Assembly (NCBI GenBank): GCA_965249485.1
Contig: OZ252239.1
Span: 960,001-1,024,000, forward strand
Reading direction: 5' to 3'
Origin: a bacterium
GTDB taxonomy: Bacteria > SM23-31
Length of the DNA: 64,000 nt
Numbering within the stretch: the stretch's first letter is position 1; every line of letters begins with the position of its first letter. Positions 10,881-20,195 of this stretch are shown here, piece after piece. The notes beneath the pieces were generated by a model. It was not told the DNA's origin. It did no database searches and saw only the letters and a program-made list of their open reading frames with translations. The translations under genes were made by a program, and so were the position numbers.

Positions 10881-10981
10881 GATGTCCTCAGAATGTTTCG
10901 GAGACTTTGTGTTAAATAGTAAGATATTTAAAATGCTTTTACAAGTGTTTTCTACTCATCGAGTTGTACGATGTGCGAACC
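10881..10981 (-). repeat. Full repeat unit (box A + promoter + box B)
   Basis: CAAGTGTTTTCTACTCATCGAGTTGTACGATGTGCGAACC at 10942-10981; box B GATGTCCTCAGAATGTTTCGGA at 10881. Confidence 0.85.
10916..10944 (-). promoter_or_regulatory. Sigma70-like promoter within the repeat unit
   Basis: TTGTAA-17bp-TACTAT on the minus strand. Confidence 0.55.
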
Positions 10982-11022
10982 TTCAACTTGCTCTAAAATC
11001 CTTCAAAAGCTTAATCGCCACA

Positions 11023-12570
11023 CTACCAGGGTAACGGCGCAATTCGGGGGAGTTTTTCATCACGCATGGCAGCATGATACACAAAAGTCGCAAGAATGAC
11101 CACATTCGTCATCAGATTTTCGGGAACAAGACGGTCATAGACGTCCATATTCGAATGGACATTCATTTCCATATCCATCCTGTCCTGCAGAAAATAATAT
11201 CCTGGCAGGCCAACCTCAGCATATGCCTCATGAGCCATTCCGGTACTAAAAAGATGCGTCATTCCCAGGTTTTTAAGGGGTTTCATCCATTCGGTAAATA
11301 TTGACCTGACTACTTCGTTCGCCATGATGGATACACCCCGTATCTTACCACTGCCATGATCGACATTGAAATATGCGGAAAGATTCTCATAATCCTTCTT
11401 GTATTCCTTTTTTACCACGTCGGCAAAGTTGTTACGGACATGACTTCGATTGCCGAATGTACCCATTTCGTGTCCTCCCCAGAGTCCTATCCGAATGGTC
11501 CGGCGGGGTTTGATACCCAATTTTTTGAAAATGCGCACTGTTTCCATGGAAACCACCACACCGGCGGCGTCATCCGTCGCACCGGTTCCGGCATGATCGG
11601 CTTGAAGATGCCCACCTAATATTACAATTTCTTCTGCCAGGTCTGTGCCGGGTATCTCAGCGACAACATTGTAATCGTTTGGGTTCCCTCTGACAAAATT
11701 TACCCTAACCTGAACTTCCATCTCAACGGGAATGCTCTTTTCCAGTATGCGCAGTATCCTGTTATATTGTTCGGCTGCAATAACCAACTCCGTTGGATTA
11801 GGTGGGGAGTTTTCCTCCCACGGACTGGTTTCTAAAGTAAATCCAACAACTCCGGCTTCGACGGTTCCGAAGTCACGTCGCCCATCAGTGCGTACAATTG
11901 CCAGTGCACCTTCGTTTAATACAAATTCAATGATCTGCGTCCGGGAAAGTCTCTTTTTGCCGGATCTTTGTGCCCGCCGCTCTTCAGTGGCACGGGGACC
12001 AATGGGAATCTTCGCCATCTCATCAAGCTGATCATCCGTAAATTTTGTTGCTAACGGTTCATAATGTGGCGACAACTTCTGTATCGGTCTTGTGAATATA
12101 ATAGTATTTTGTAATTTTCCGCGGTATTGTTCCAAATCCACGTCAGAGGTGATCTCATCAAAATTAATGTAAACAACTTGCCCCCGTACTTTACCATTTG
12201 TGCCGGCAGACCACGGTGCAGGATAGGCGATGATCGGCATATATTGCGGAGCCGTCATGTGGACAGAAGTATATTTATTCTCCCAGCCAATCCCAAACTC
12301 GTACGGTTCCAATCGTGCATTTGCGAGACCATATTCTTCTAATTTATTTTTTGCCCATTCCGCGGCTTCAAAATATGCAGGTGTTTTCACATGCCGGGGG
12401 CCAAAAACGTCTGTGAGCCAACTGGCGTTCTCCATTACCTGGGAATGTTCGAATGCCTCATCCATGATTTTATTCACGATATCCCAGTAGACCGGTTCCT
12501 GTGCAGAAACAGAAGATACTACTATAAGCAGTATACATAGGCTTACTATAAAATTATATGGAGCTTTCAT
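11023..12570 (-). CDS. M28 family (carboxypeptidase Q-like) peptidase, exported
   Basis: LTDVFGPR, PA domain, NVVAEIPG, GATDDAAG, PRRTIR, FNVD, HSNMD; start MKAPY at 12570. Confidence 0.88.
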   Translation of the reverse strand: MKAPYNFIVSLCILLIVVSSVSAQEPVYWDIVNKIMDEAFEHSQVMENASWLTDVFGPRHVKTPAYFEAAEWAKNKLEEYGLANARLEPYEFGIGWENKYTSVHMTAPQYMPIIAYPAPWSAGTNGKVRGQVVYINFDEITSDVDLEQYRGKLQNTIIFTRPIQKLSPHYEPLATKFTDDQLDEMAKIPIGPRATEERRAQRSGKKRLSRTQIIEFVLNEGALAIVRTDGRRDFGTVEAGVVGFTLETSPWEENSPPNPTELVIAAEQYNRILRILEKSIPVEMEVQVRVNFVRGNPNDYNVVAEIPGTDLAEEIVILGGHLQADHAGTGATDDAAGVVVSMETVRIFKKLGIKPRRTIRIGLWGGHEMGTFGNRSHVRNNFADVVKKEYKKDYENLSAYFNVDHGSGKIRGVSIMANEVVRSIFTEWMKPLKNLGMTHLFSTGMAHEAYAEVGLPGYYFLQDRMDMEMNVHSNMDVYDRLVPENLMTNVVILATFVYHAAMRDEKLPRIAPLPW

Positions 12571-12707
12571 TGTATAATTCCTCGTTGAGTTTATGTCATC
12601 AGAACATGTTGGATATTGTGCGAATAAATTCATCGGGATAGGCCGGAATCTGTAATTTATTCAATCTAGAAAAAGCGTATTTTCTCTCCTTTGTACCTAA
12701 AATCGCT

Positions 12708-14366
12708 TTAATCGGCATGGTGCAAACCTGCATAGGCAATACCGGTCAGACGATGCATATCATAGCTGAATGTGGAAAGATCTCTTTCATTGAATTTTCC
12801 AATATCATCATGTCCGCATGCGCGTGCTATTACTTTTATAAGTTCCGTTGCTGCATTGAAATAGTTATACAACTGTTGAGCCGATTTATCAATTTCCAGC
12901 CTGGCTCTGAGATGTTCTTTCTGTGTAGCAATACCAACGGGGCAATTGTTCGTATGACAAGCACGCATACCGAGACATCCAATTGCCTGTAGAGCCGCAT
13001 TTGATACAGCAACTGCATCAGCACCAAGTGCCAAAGCTTTCGCAAAATCGCCCGGAACTCTGAGTCCCCCGGTGGCGATGAGAGAAATTGACCGGGCACC
13101 TCTTTTATCACGGTGTCGTCGTGCCCGCGCTAATGCCGGTATCGTTGGTATGCAGATATTATCGTGAAGAACAAGAGGAGCTGCTCCCGTTCCACCACCC
13201 CTGCCGTCAAGAATAATATAATCAACGCCAATTTCAAGCGCATAATCAATATCTTCTTCTATATGACTTGCGGCAAGTTTGAACCCAACCGGTATTCCTC
13301 CTGTCTCTTCCTTTACTTTATCAGCAAATTGCTTAAAATCTTCTACATGCTTAAAATCAGGAAACGTAGCCGGTGAAATTGCAGCTTCGCCTTGTTTCAA
13401 TCCTCTTACCTCTGCAATTTCACGTGAGACTTTATGGCCTGGAAGGTGTCCACCAGTCCCGACTTTTGCTCCCTGGCCTCCTTTAAAATGAAACGCCTGG
13501 ACACGTTTTAATTTATCCCAGGAAAACCCGAACTGAGCTGAGGCAAGTTCGTAGAAATACCTGGAATTGTTGTGCTGCTCATCCGGCAGCATCCCTCCCT
13601 CACCGGAACAAATGCCTGTCCCTGCCATTTCAGCACCTTTTGAAAGCGCAATTTTTGACTCTTTCGAAAGAGCACCGAACGACATATCCGAGACAAATAG
13701 CGGTATGTTTAATTCAAGCGGCTTTTTTGCATTTGCACCGATAATGACTTTCGTATGTACGGTATCTTCGTCGAGGAGGGGCTTTGTAGCGATCTGCGCA
13801 GGCAGTATCTGAATATCTTCCCACTTCGGCAGTGTGTTTCGGTCAACTCCCATTGCTGCCGTCGGTCCATGATGTCCTGTTTTCGAGAGACCATTTTGTG
13901 CAAGGTTTTTTATGTAGAACGTATATGGCTCGGTTGATTCAGGGTGTGTGTCCGCATATTCGCCGAGATACTCATCCGGGTTAAAGGGAGATGGATGATC
14001 CTTCTCAAAATCTAATATAGACTGTTTGTCGGTATAAACATCCCCGTCATGAATAACCGCCGGAAACTTTTTAAGCACTTCTTTAGGATTGTATGCACTT
14101 ACTCCTGAATCATACCGATAGTCCCAATTGTGCACTCCGCAAATGAGGTTTTCACCATCAATATGTCCGTCGCACAGGAGAGCGCCCCTATGAAGACAGC
14201 GTCCGTATAGGACAGAAATTACTCCATCAAATTTTATAAGGACCAGATCGGTATTCTCAACTTTTGCGTGTGGCGGCTTCTTTTCTTCCAGATCTTCAAA
14301 GACGGCAATTTTGACCGGTTGGGCAAACATTTCAAACGTTGTTGACTTATTTATATTTTTGTCCAT
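12708..14366 (-). CDS. Rieske domain plus FMN-binding glutamate synthase family protein
   Basis: Rieske CLH...CGVH; MSFGALS, GEGG, GQGAKVGTGGHLPG, DGRGGGTGAAP; CxxxxxCxxxxCP cluster motif. Confidence 0.92.
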   Translation of the reverse strand: MDKNINKSTTFEMFAQPVKIAVFEDLEEKKPPHAKVENTDLVLIKFDGVISVLYGRCLHRGALLCDGHIDGENLICGVHNWDYRYDSGVSAYNPKEVLKKFPAVIHDGDVYTDKQSILDFEKDHPSPFNPDEYLGEYADTHPESTEPYTFYIKNLAQNGLSKTGHHGPTAAMGVDRNTLPKWEDIQILPAQIATKPLLDEDTVHTKVIIGANAKKPLELNIPLFVSDMSFGALSKESKIALSKGAEMAGTGICSGEGGMLPDEQHNNSRYFYELASAQFGFSWDKLKRVQAFHFKGGQGAKVGTGGHLPGHKVSREIAEVRGLKQGEAAISPATFPDFKHVEDFKQFADKVKEETGGIPVGFKLAASHIEEDIDYALEIGVDYIILDGRGGGTGAAPLVLHDNICIPTIPALARARRHRDKRGARSISLIATGGLRVPGDFAKALALGADAVAVSNAALQAIGCLGMRACHTNNCPVGIATQKEHLRARLEIDKSAQQLYNYFNAATELIKVIARACGHDDIGKFNERDLSTFSYDMHRLTGIAYAGLHHAD

Positions 14367-14473
14367 AGTATTCCTTTTTCTCTATTATGAATCCATATTT
14401 TCTATAGTAAATTTCAGAGCTGTACAGGTGCGCTCAAAATTTTGGTGCAGTGAAATTCAATGAAATTTCTTGA

Positions 14474-14554
14474 ATGTCCTCAGAACAAGTTGAGCAATAT
14501 TTGTTAAAAATTCAAGCATGTTTTTAGTTTTTCCAAGTAATATTTTTCACTCCT
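14474..14554 (-). repeat. Repeat unit with truncated box A
   Basis: Box B ATGTCCTCAGAACAAGTTGAG, then CAAGTAATATTTTTCACTCCT, interrupted by the 22-bp duplication. Confidence 0.6.
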
Positions 14555-14555
14555 T

Positions 14556-14599
14556 TTACAGGGAGATAGCAGTCCGCTTACAGGGAGGTAGCAGTTCGG
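14556..14599 (+). repeat. 22-bp tandem duplication
   Basis: TTACAGGGAGATAGCAGTCCGC / TTACAGGGAGGTAGCAGTTCGG. Confidence 0.75.
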
Positions 14600-14650
14600 A
14601 TAACTCTCCTCCAGCATATATGTAGATAACAATGTAAACGTCACTTATCT

Positions 14651-14720
14651 GTTATGACGATTGTTACTGAATATTTTGAAGGGTTGAAGCGTCGAAAAAC
14701 TGGACAAAACCGATGTAGCA
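14651..14720 (+). repeat. Plus-oriented divergent repeat copy, closely matching 59961-60028
   Basis: GTTATGACGATTG..TTGAAGGGTTGAAGCGTCGAAAAACTGGACAAAACCGATG. Confidence 0.7.
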
Positions 14721-14777
14721 TATATTAAAATTAAGACACAGGATATCTATATTAATAGAAAAATTATAATAATTTTC

Positions 14778-14829
14778 TTGACATTATAATAATTTGACAT
14801 ATTTGACATAAATTACATAGTAGACATAA
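14778..14829 (+). promoter_or_regulatory. Phased direct repeats (TTGACAT-like, 9-bp period), putative autoregulatory operator
   Basis: TTGACAT at 14778, 14794 and 14803, ATTACAT at 14812, TAGACAT at 14821; upstream of an HTH_17 regulator. Confidence 0.6.
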
Positions 14830-14917
14830 TTTACGAAACTCAATCCACGCATTTTCTAACCTGTGAAATAGTTACGGTCTTTGTGATATTTGTACACCTT
14901 ATACTCAAGAGAATGAT

Positions 14918-15484
14918 ATGATAAAAGATGTATTTACCATACCCGAAATTGCAGATATATGTCGGTTATCTCGCCAGACTGTTCATAATTGGATAAAAAA
15001 AGGATATTTGAAAGGATTCAGACCTGCAAAAAATGCAGTATGGAAAGTAACGAGAAAAGAATTAGTTTCGCATATGAAGGAACATGATATACCAATTGAA
15101 TTTCTTAAAGATGAAAAAATAAAAATTTTGATAGTTGATGATGAAGATTACGCTGCGGAATTAATGAAAGAACTCTTACGTGATGAAAAAGGATATTGTA
15201 TAGATAGTGCCAAATCAGGATTTAGTGCTGGATCAAAGCTGGAAATCTTTAGACCGGATGTAGTGATACTTGATATTTTTCTTGGGGATATAGATGGTAG
15301 AGAACTATTTAAACATATAAATGAACACCCTGAATTAAATCAAATAAAAGTAATTGGTATTTCTGGTAAACTTGGAAATAAAGAAATTCAACAATTATAT
15401 GATCTGGGATTTAAGGCCTTTTTACATAAACCATTTAAGAAAAAAGATTTAATCGAAACTATTTCAAAAGTTATTGAGAATTGA
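14918..15484 (+). CDS. Response regulator with N-terminal excisionase-like (HTH_17) DNA-binding domain
   Basis: FTIPEIADICRLSRQTVHNWIKKGYL plus receiver domain ILIVDD...LDIFL...KPF. Confidence 0.9.
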   Translation: MIKDVFTIPEIADICRLSRQTVHNWIKKGYLKGFRPAKNAVWKVTRKELVSHMKEHDIPIEFLKDEKIKILIVDDEDYAAELMKELLRDEKGYCIDSAKSGFSAGSKLEIFRPDVVILDIFLGDIDGRELFKHINEHPELNQIKVIGISGKLGNKEIQQLYDLGFKAFLHKPFKKKDLIETISKVIEN

Positions 15485-15569
15485 TTAATCCCATTTATAC
15501 AATACTATTGCTCTAATTTTATATATAAACTAACATATTTAATAAAATCTGTTTGAAACGGCATTGCAA

Positions 15570-18192
15570 TTGAAAAAACCAGACTATATTGAATTAGAAA
15601 GACACATTAAAGAACTTGAAGATGTTGCCGTAAAAAATGAAAATTTCGCAAATAGTGTTATTAATTCCATGCATGACGGGGTTTTTGTTTTAAATAAAAA
15701 ATTCTGAATAGTGATAAAAAGCCCTGGGAGTTATTTCCTCATTTGAAGCAAGTAGGAATAGATAAAATAATGAAGCGTGCAATGAAAGGTGAAATAATTC
15801 AAAATAAAGAAGTTCCTTATTATTTACCCGACGGAAAAAGTGGATTCACGTCGGAGTCATATTTCCCTTTAAAATCATCAGAAGGAAGTATTAATGGAAT
15901 TATAGGTGTGATCAGTGAGATTACAAATCGGAAAACAGCAGAAGAAAAATTTAGAATTTTATCTGAAAAATCACCGAATATGATATTTATAAACCTGAAT
16001 GGTAAGATAGTCTACGTAAATGACAAGTGCGTAGAGATAATGGGTTATGAAAAGGAAGACTATTATGCAGCTGATTTTCAATTTTTATCTTTGATTGCAC
16101 CGGAATCCCAAAAGTTGGTAAAAACATTATTCAAAAAACATATTGGAGGTAAAGAAGTAGATCCATATGAATATAAGATTATAACAAAAAGTGGAAAAAT
16201 AATAGATGTAATTATTACAACAAAACTGATAGACTATGAAGGAGAAAACGCTATTCTTGGAATAGTGACTGACATTTCTGAAAGAAAAAAAGCAGAACAA
16301 GAATTAAAAGAAGCATTAAGTTGGTATGAGACAGTATTTAACGGTTCACTTGATCCTATAGTTATCACTGATTCAGAATCAAAACTTATATCAGTAAATG
16401 ATGCAACATGTACGAACTGGGATTATTCAAGAAATGAATTGTTGAATATGTACATTCAAGATTTACATGAAGACGTTGATTTGGAAGCATATAATATGTT
16501 TCATAAGAGGATTTGGAGTGGAGAAGAAATTGTGAGTGAAGCAAGAATCCTAAGGAAAGATGGAAAGAAAATTGATACGGAATTCACGAACAGATTAGTA
16601 TCCATAAATGGTACGAAATTCATGAATACGATTGCCAGAGATATATCTGAACGGAAGAAAACAGAGATAATGCTTCTTCAGTTATTTAGAGCAGTTGAAC
16701 ATAGCCCGGTTTCCGTTATTATTACAAATAAAAAAGGTGAAATAGAATATGTAAATCCTAAATTTTTGCAAATGTCTGGTTATACTACAAAAGAAGTTGT
16801 AGGTAAAAAACCAAATATCATGAAATCGGGTAGATACACAAATGACCATTATCAAAATATGTGGGATACGATAAATTCTGGTAAAGAATGGAATGGTGAA
16901 ATTCTCAACAAGAAAAAAGATGGCAGTTTCTATTGGGAAAATCTGTTAATATCTCCAATTTTAGATGATAATGGTACTATTGTAAATTTTATTGGAATAA
17001 AAGAAGATATTTCTGATAAGAAAAGAGCGGAAGAAGAAAATAAAAAGCTTGAAGAGCAGCTTTTCCATGCACAGAAAATGGAATCGATTGGGCGTCTTGC
17101 AGGAGGTATTGCACATGACTTTAATAACATCCTCGTAAGTATCGTAGGGTTTGCCGATTTATTGAAAATGAAATTTAATGATCCGTCAACGAGCGATGGA
17201 CGGGCAATTGATATAATAGCAAAATCTGCGGATAGAGCAGCAAAATTAGTCAGTCAACTTTTAGGATTTGCACGGGGTGGTAAAAATATAATAAAATCTA
17301 TCAATATTAATAATTTAATAGTAGAATCTATGAAAATATCAGAAAAGATATTCGAAAAAAAATAGAGATTATATATGAATTTGAGGAGGATATTTCAATT
17401 ATCGAAGCAGACGAAAACCAGATTAATCAAGTGTTGACCAATCTGATCATCAATGCAAAAGACGCTATGCCGAGTGGAGGAGAACTTATTTTCAAAACAC
17501 AAAATTGTTACCTGGATAAAGAAAATTCAGTTTTACTGCCAGAAATGTTACCGGGAAACTATGTGAAGGTTTCTGTTATTGATTCTGGAATAGGAATCTC
17601 AAAAGAAGCAAAAAATCATATTTTTGAACCTTTTTATACTACAAAAAGCTCTCAAAAAGGAACAGGCCTTGGATTGTCTATGGTATATGGCATAATTCAG
17701 AATCATAATGGATTCATTTACTGTGATAGTGAACCTGAATTAGGATCAGCATTTATATTTTATTTGCCTATATCTGAAAATGAGATTAAAGAGATCAAGG
17801 TCAAAGAATCTACATTAGTCAAAGGAGATGCAACCATTCTTTTAGTAGATGATGAACAATATGTACGAGTTTTATGTGAGACCATGTTGAAAAAATTGGG
17901 GTACAATATTATACTCGCTCAACATGGCAAAGAAGCTGTTAAGCTTTACAAGAAAAACAAGAAAAATATTAATTTAGTTCTGTTAGATATGATTATGCCG
18001 GGATTAGATGGTAGCGAAACTTTTAATGAATTAAAAAAAATAGATCCGGATATCAAAGTTGTCTTATCAAGTGGTTACACTAAAGAAGGACATATAGAAA
18101 ATGTTTTAAAGAATGGTGCTTTGGGTTTTATTCAGAAGCCATTTAAAATTAAAGATTTATCAAATATTTTAGCTAACGTTCTCATAATTTAA
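15570..18192 (+). pseudogene. Multi-PAS hybrid sensor histidine kinase, disrupted
   Basis: TTG start at 15570 with a broken first PAS domain (stop ~15706), three further PAS domains, H-box AHDFNN, frameshift at an A-run ~17355-17362, then HATPase (NLIINAKDAM, GTGLGL) and REC. Confidence 0.85.
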
Positions 18193-18277
18193 ATTGTGTA
18201 TAGTTAACTAATAATTATGATTGGTATTAGCTCGATTATAAAAATTGTAAATGTAAATTCGAATCTTTGAGAATATT

Positions 18278-18668
18278 ATGAATCAATGTAAAGAATTATT
18301 AATAGTCGACGACGATGAACATGTCCGCACTTACATTAAAGAAATCGTGAAAATCAATTTACCTTCTTTGAATATCATAGAGTCAGATGATAGCCGAAAA
18401 GTTATTAACAAAGTATTAAACAATAAACCTGATTTAATACTTTTAGATATTATGATGCCTCACATGAATGGATTGGTAATTCTCAAAAAACTAAAAGAGA
18501 ATTTAGACAAAGACATTAAAAAAATTCCTGTTGTAATCTTAACCGCAGTTCACAACAGGGAAATTGATTTGCAGACGAAAAAGCTTGGTGCTAATAGATT
18601 ATATCTTAAAACCTTTTAATGAAAAAGTATTTATTCTGAAAATTAAAAGGTATTTAAAACTGTTATAA
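18278..18668 (+). CDS. Single-domain response regulator (frameshift near the 3' end)
   Basis: LLIVDD, LLDIMMP; the DYILKPF C-terminus continues in a shifted frame to TAA at 18668. Confidence 0.85.
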
Positions 18669-18908
18669 AGAGGAAAAAGTGATAAAGAAATAAGCCATGT
18701 AAAATTTTGAGTAAGTGTAGGTTTGTTTTGTGGGAAGTTACGTAGTTGAAAAAGTTGAATTTTGCTTTTACTAGATAATTGCTGAGAAATTCCGCTAATC
18801 CGAAATCTCTAACCAATCAAAAGTGTTTCTCAATAGTAAGTCAAAATCAATCTAAATTATTCCAAGAAATTATTTCAGTTTTTTGAATTAGATTCAGAGA
18901 AATAACTT

Positions 18909-19919
18909 TTACTGCTTACTAATTTGCTCAATCACCTCCATTCCACCAAGTTGTTCGGCATATTTTTCATAAATGGGTCGAACCTTTTGTCGAAAAGGCT
19001 CTATATCAACAGCGTTGAACTCTATTCCGGCATCAATCAGCTTTGCATTGGCTTTCTTGGCTAAGCTCTCTTCTGCTTCACGAGCTGTGATTGCCGCATA
19101 CATTCCTGCTTTTAAAATCGCAATCTGAACATTCGGTGGAAGCCCATCATACTTTTTCTGATTGAAAAAGAACGGAGCAGCTCCAATCATATGATGTGTT
19201 AATGAAACATACTTTGTAACTTCATAGAAATTTTCAAAATACAAATCTACTACACTGGTTTCCCCACCATCAAGAACTCCTTGTTGAAGCGCTGAATAAA
19301 ATTCTCCCCATGACATATTGGTTGCCTGAGCTCCAAACGCATTAAAGGAATCGAGTAATATTGGACTACCCATAACTCTGATTTTCAGACCATTAAAATC
19401 TTCCGGTGTGATGATTGGTCTTGTCGCATTCCATGTATTCCGTGTTCCAAAAGTCCAATAATTTAAGAATACGCTGTTCGTTTTCCTTTCGATGATTTTT
19501 CCAACCCATTTACCAACAGGACCGTCTAGAACACGGTAAAAATGTTCCAGATCATTAAATATGAATGGAAGGTTGAACAGCTCAATTTCCGAAACAAAAG
19601 GTGCCAGGTTACCTGCAGCAACTACGGTAGCATCAATTGTTCCGAGTCTAATCCCGTTAACGTGATCTCCTTCACTGCCGAGTTGAGCATTTGGAAAAAT
19701 ATTTACCTGGACGGTGCCATTCGTTTCTGCTTCGATGACTTCTTTGAATTTTTCCATTCCTTTAGCGTAGGGGTGACTTAAACTACTGTTTATCCCAACT
19801 TTCAGAAAAATCGTATCGGCTGAAGTTGTATCAGTTGCCTGATCATCGACGCTTTCACTACTGCAGAAAGTGAGAATAAACATCGGTACAATACAAAAAA
19901 TGATATATCGGAATTTCAT
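18909..19919 (-). CDS. dctP: TRAP transporter substrate-binding protein (lipoprotein)
   Basis: FPNAQLG, LPFIF, GLKIRV, ALQQGVLDG motifs; lipobox LTFC. Confidence 0.92.
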   Translation of the reverse strand: MKFRYIIFCIVPMFILTFCSSESVDDQATDTTSADTIFLKVGINSSLSHPYAKGMEKFKEVIEAETNGTVQVNIFPNAQLGSEGDHVNGIRLGTIDATVVAAGNLAPFVSEIELFNLPFIFNDLEHFYRVLDGPVGKWVGKIIERKTNSVFLNYWTFGTRNTWNATRPIITPEDFNGLKIRVMGSPILLDSFNAFGAQATNMSWGEFYSALQQGVLDGGETSVVDLYFENFYEVTKYVSLTHHMIGAAPFFFNQKKYDGLPPNVQIAILKAGMYAAITAREAEESLAKKANAKLIDAGIEFNAVDIEPFRQKVRPIYEKYAEQLGGMEVIEQISKQ

Positions 19920-20030
19920 AATAGTCCCAGTTTTATCTTTAATGAGAATACAATTAGAATTTGTGATGAAAATTGACGCTCATTCAAATTGTCAATTTGA
20001 TTCATCGCGGTTTGTACTTATTCACGCAGT

Positions 20031-20130
20031 GTACGTTGTCAGAACACGTTGGACAGTATCCTCATAAATTAAGAGATTCATTTTATTTTTCCAAGTGATA
20101 TTTACTCCTCGGGCTGTACGATTTGCGAAC
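20031..20130 (-). repeat. Full repeat unit
   Basis: Box B GTACGTTGTCAGAACACGTTGGACAG; box A CAAGTGATATTTACTCCTCGGGCTGTACGATTTGCGAAC at 20092-20130. Confidence 0.88.
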
Positions 20131-20195
20131 AATCCAATTAGAATTTGTATTGAGCTTTTATTGCTCGAACATACCATGAACAATTAAAACAGACT

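Noticed and set aside
10942..10981. Box A as a canonical integron attC or a rho-independent terminator
   Set aside because: It lacks RYYYAAC/GTTRRRY ends and a long palindrome, has no strong stem followed by a U-tract in gene sense, and there is no intI in the window
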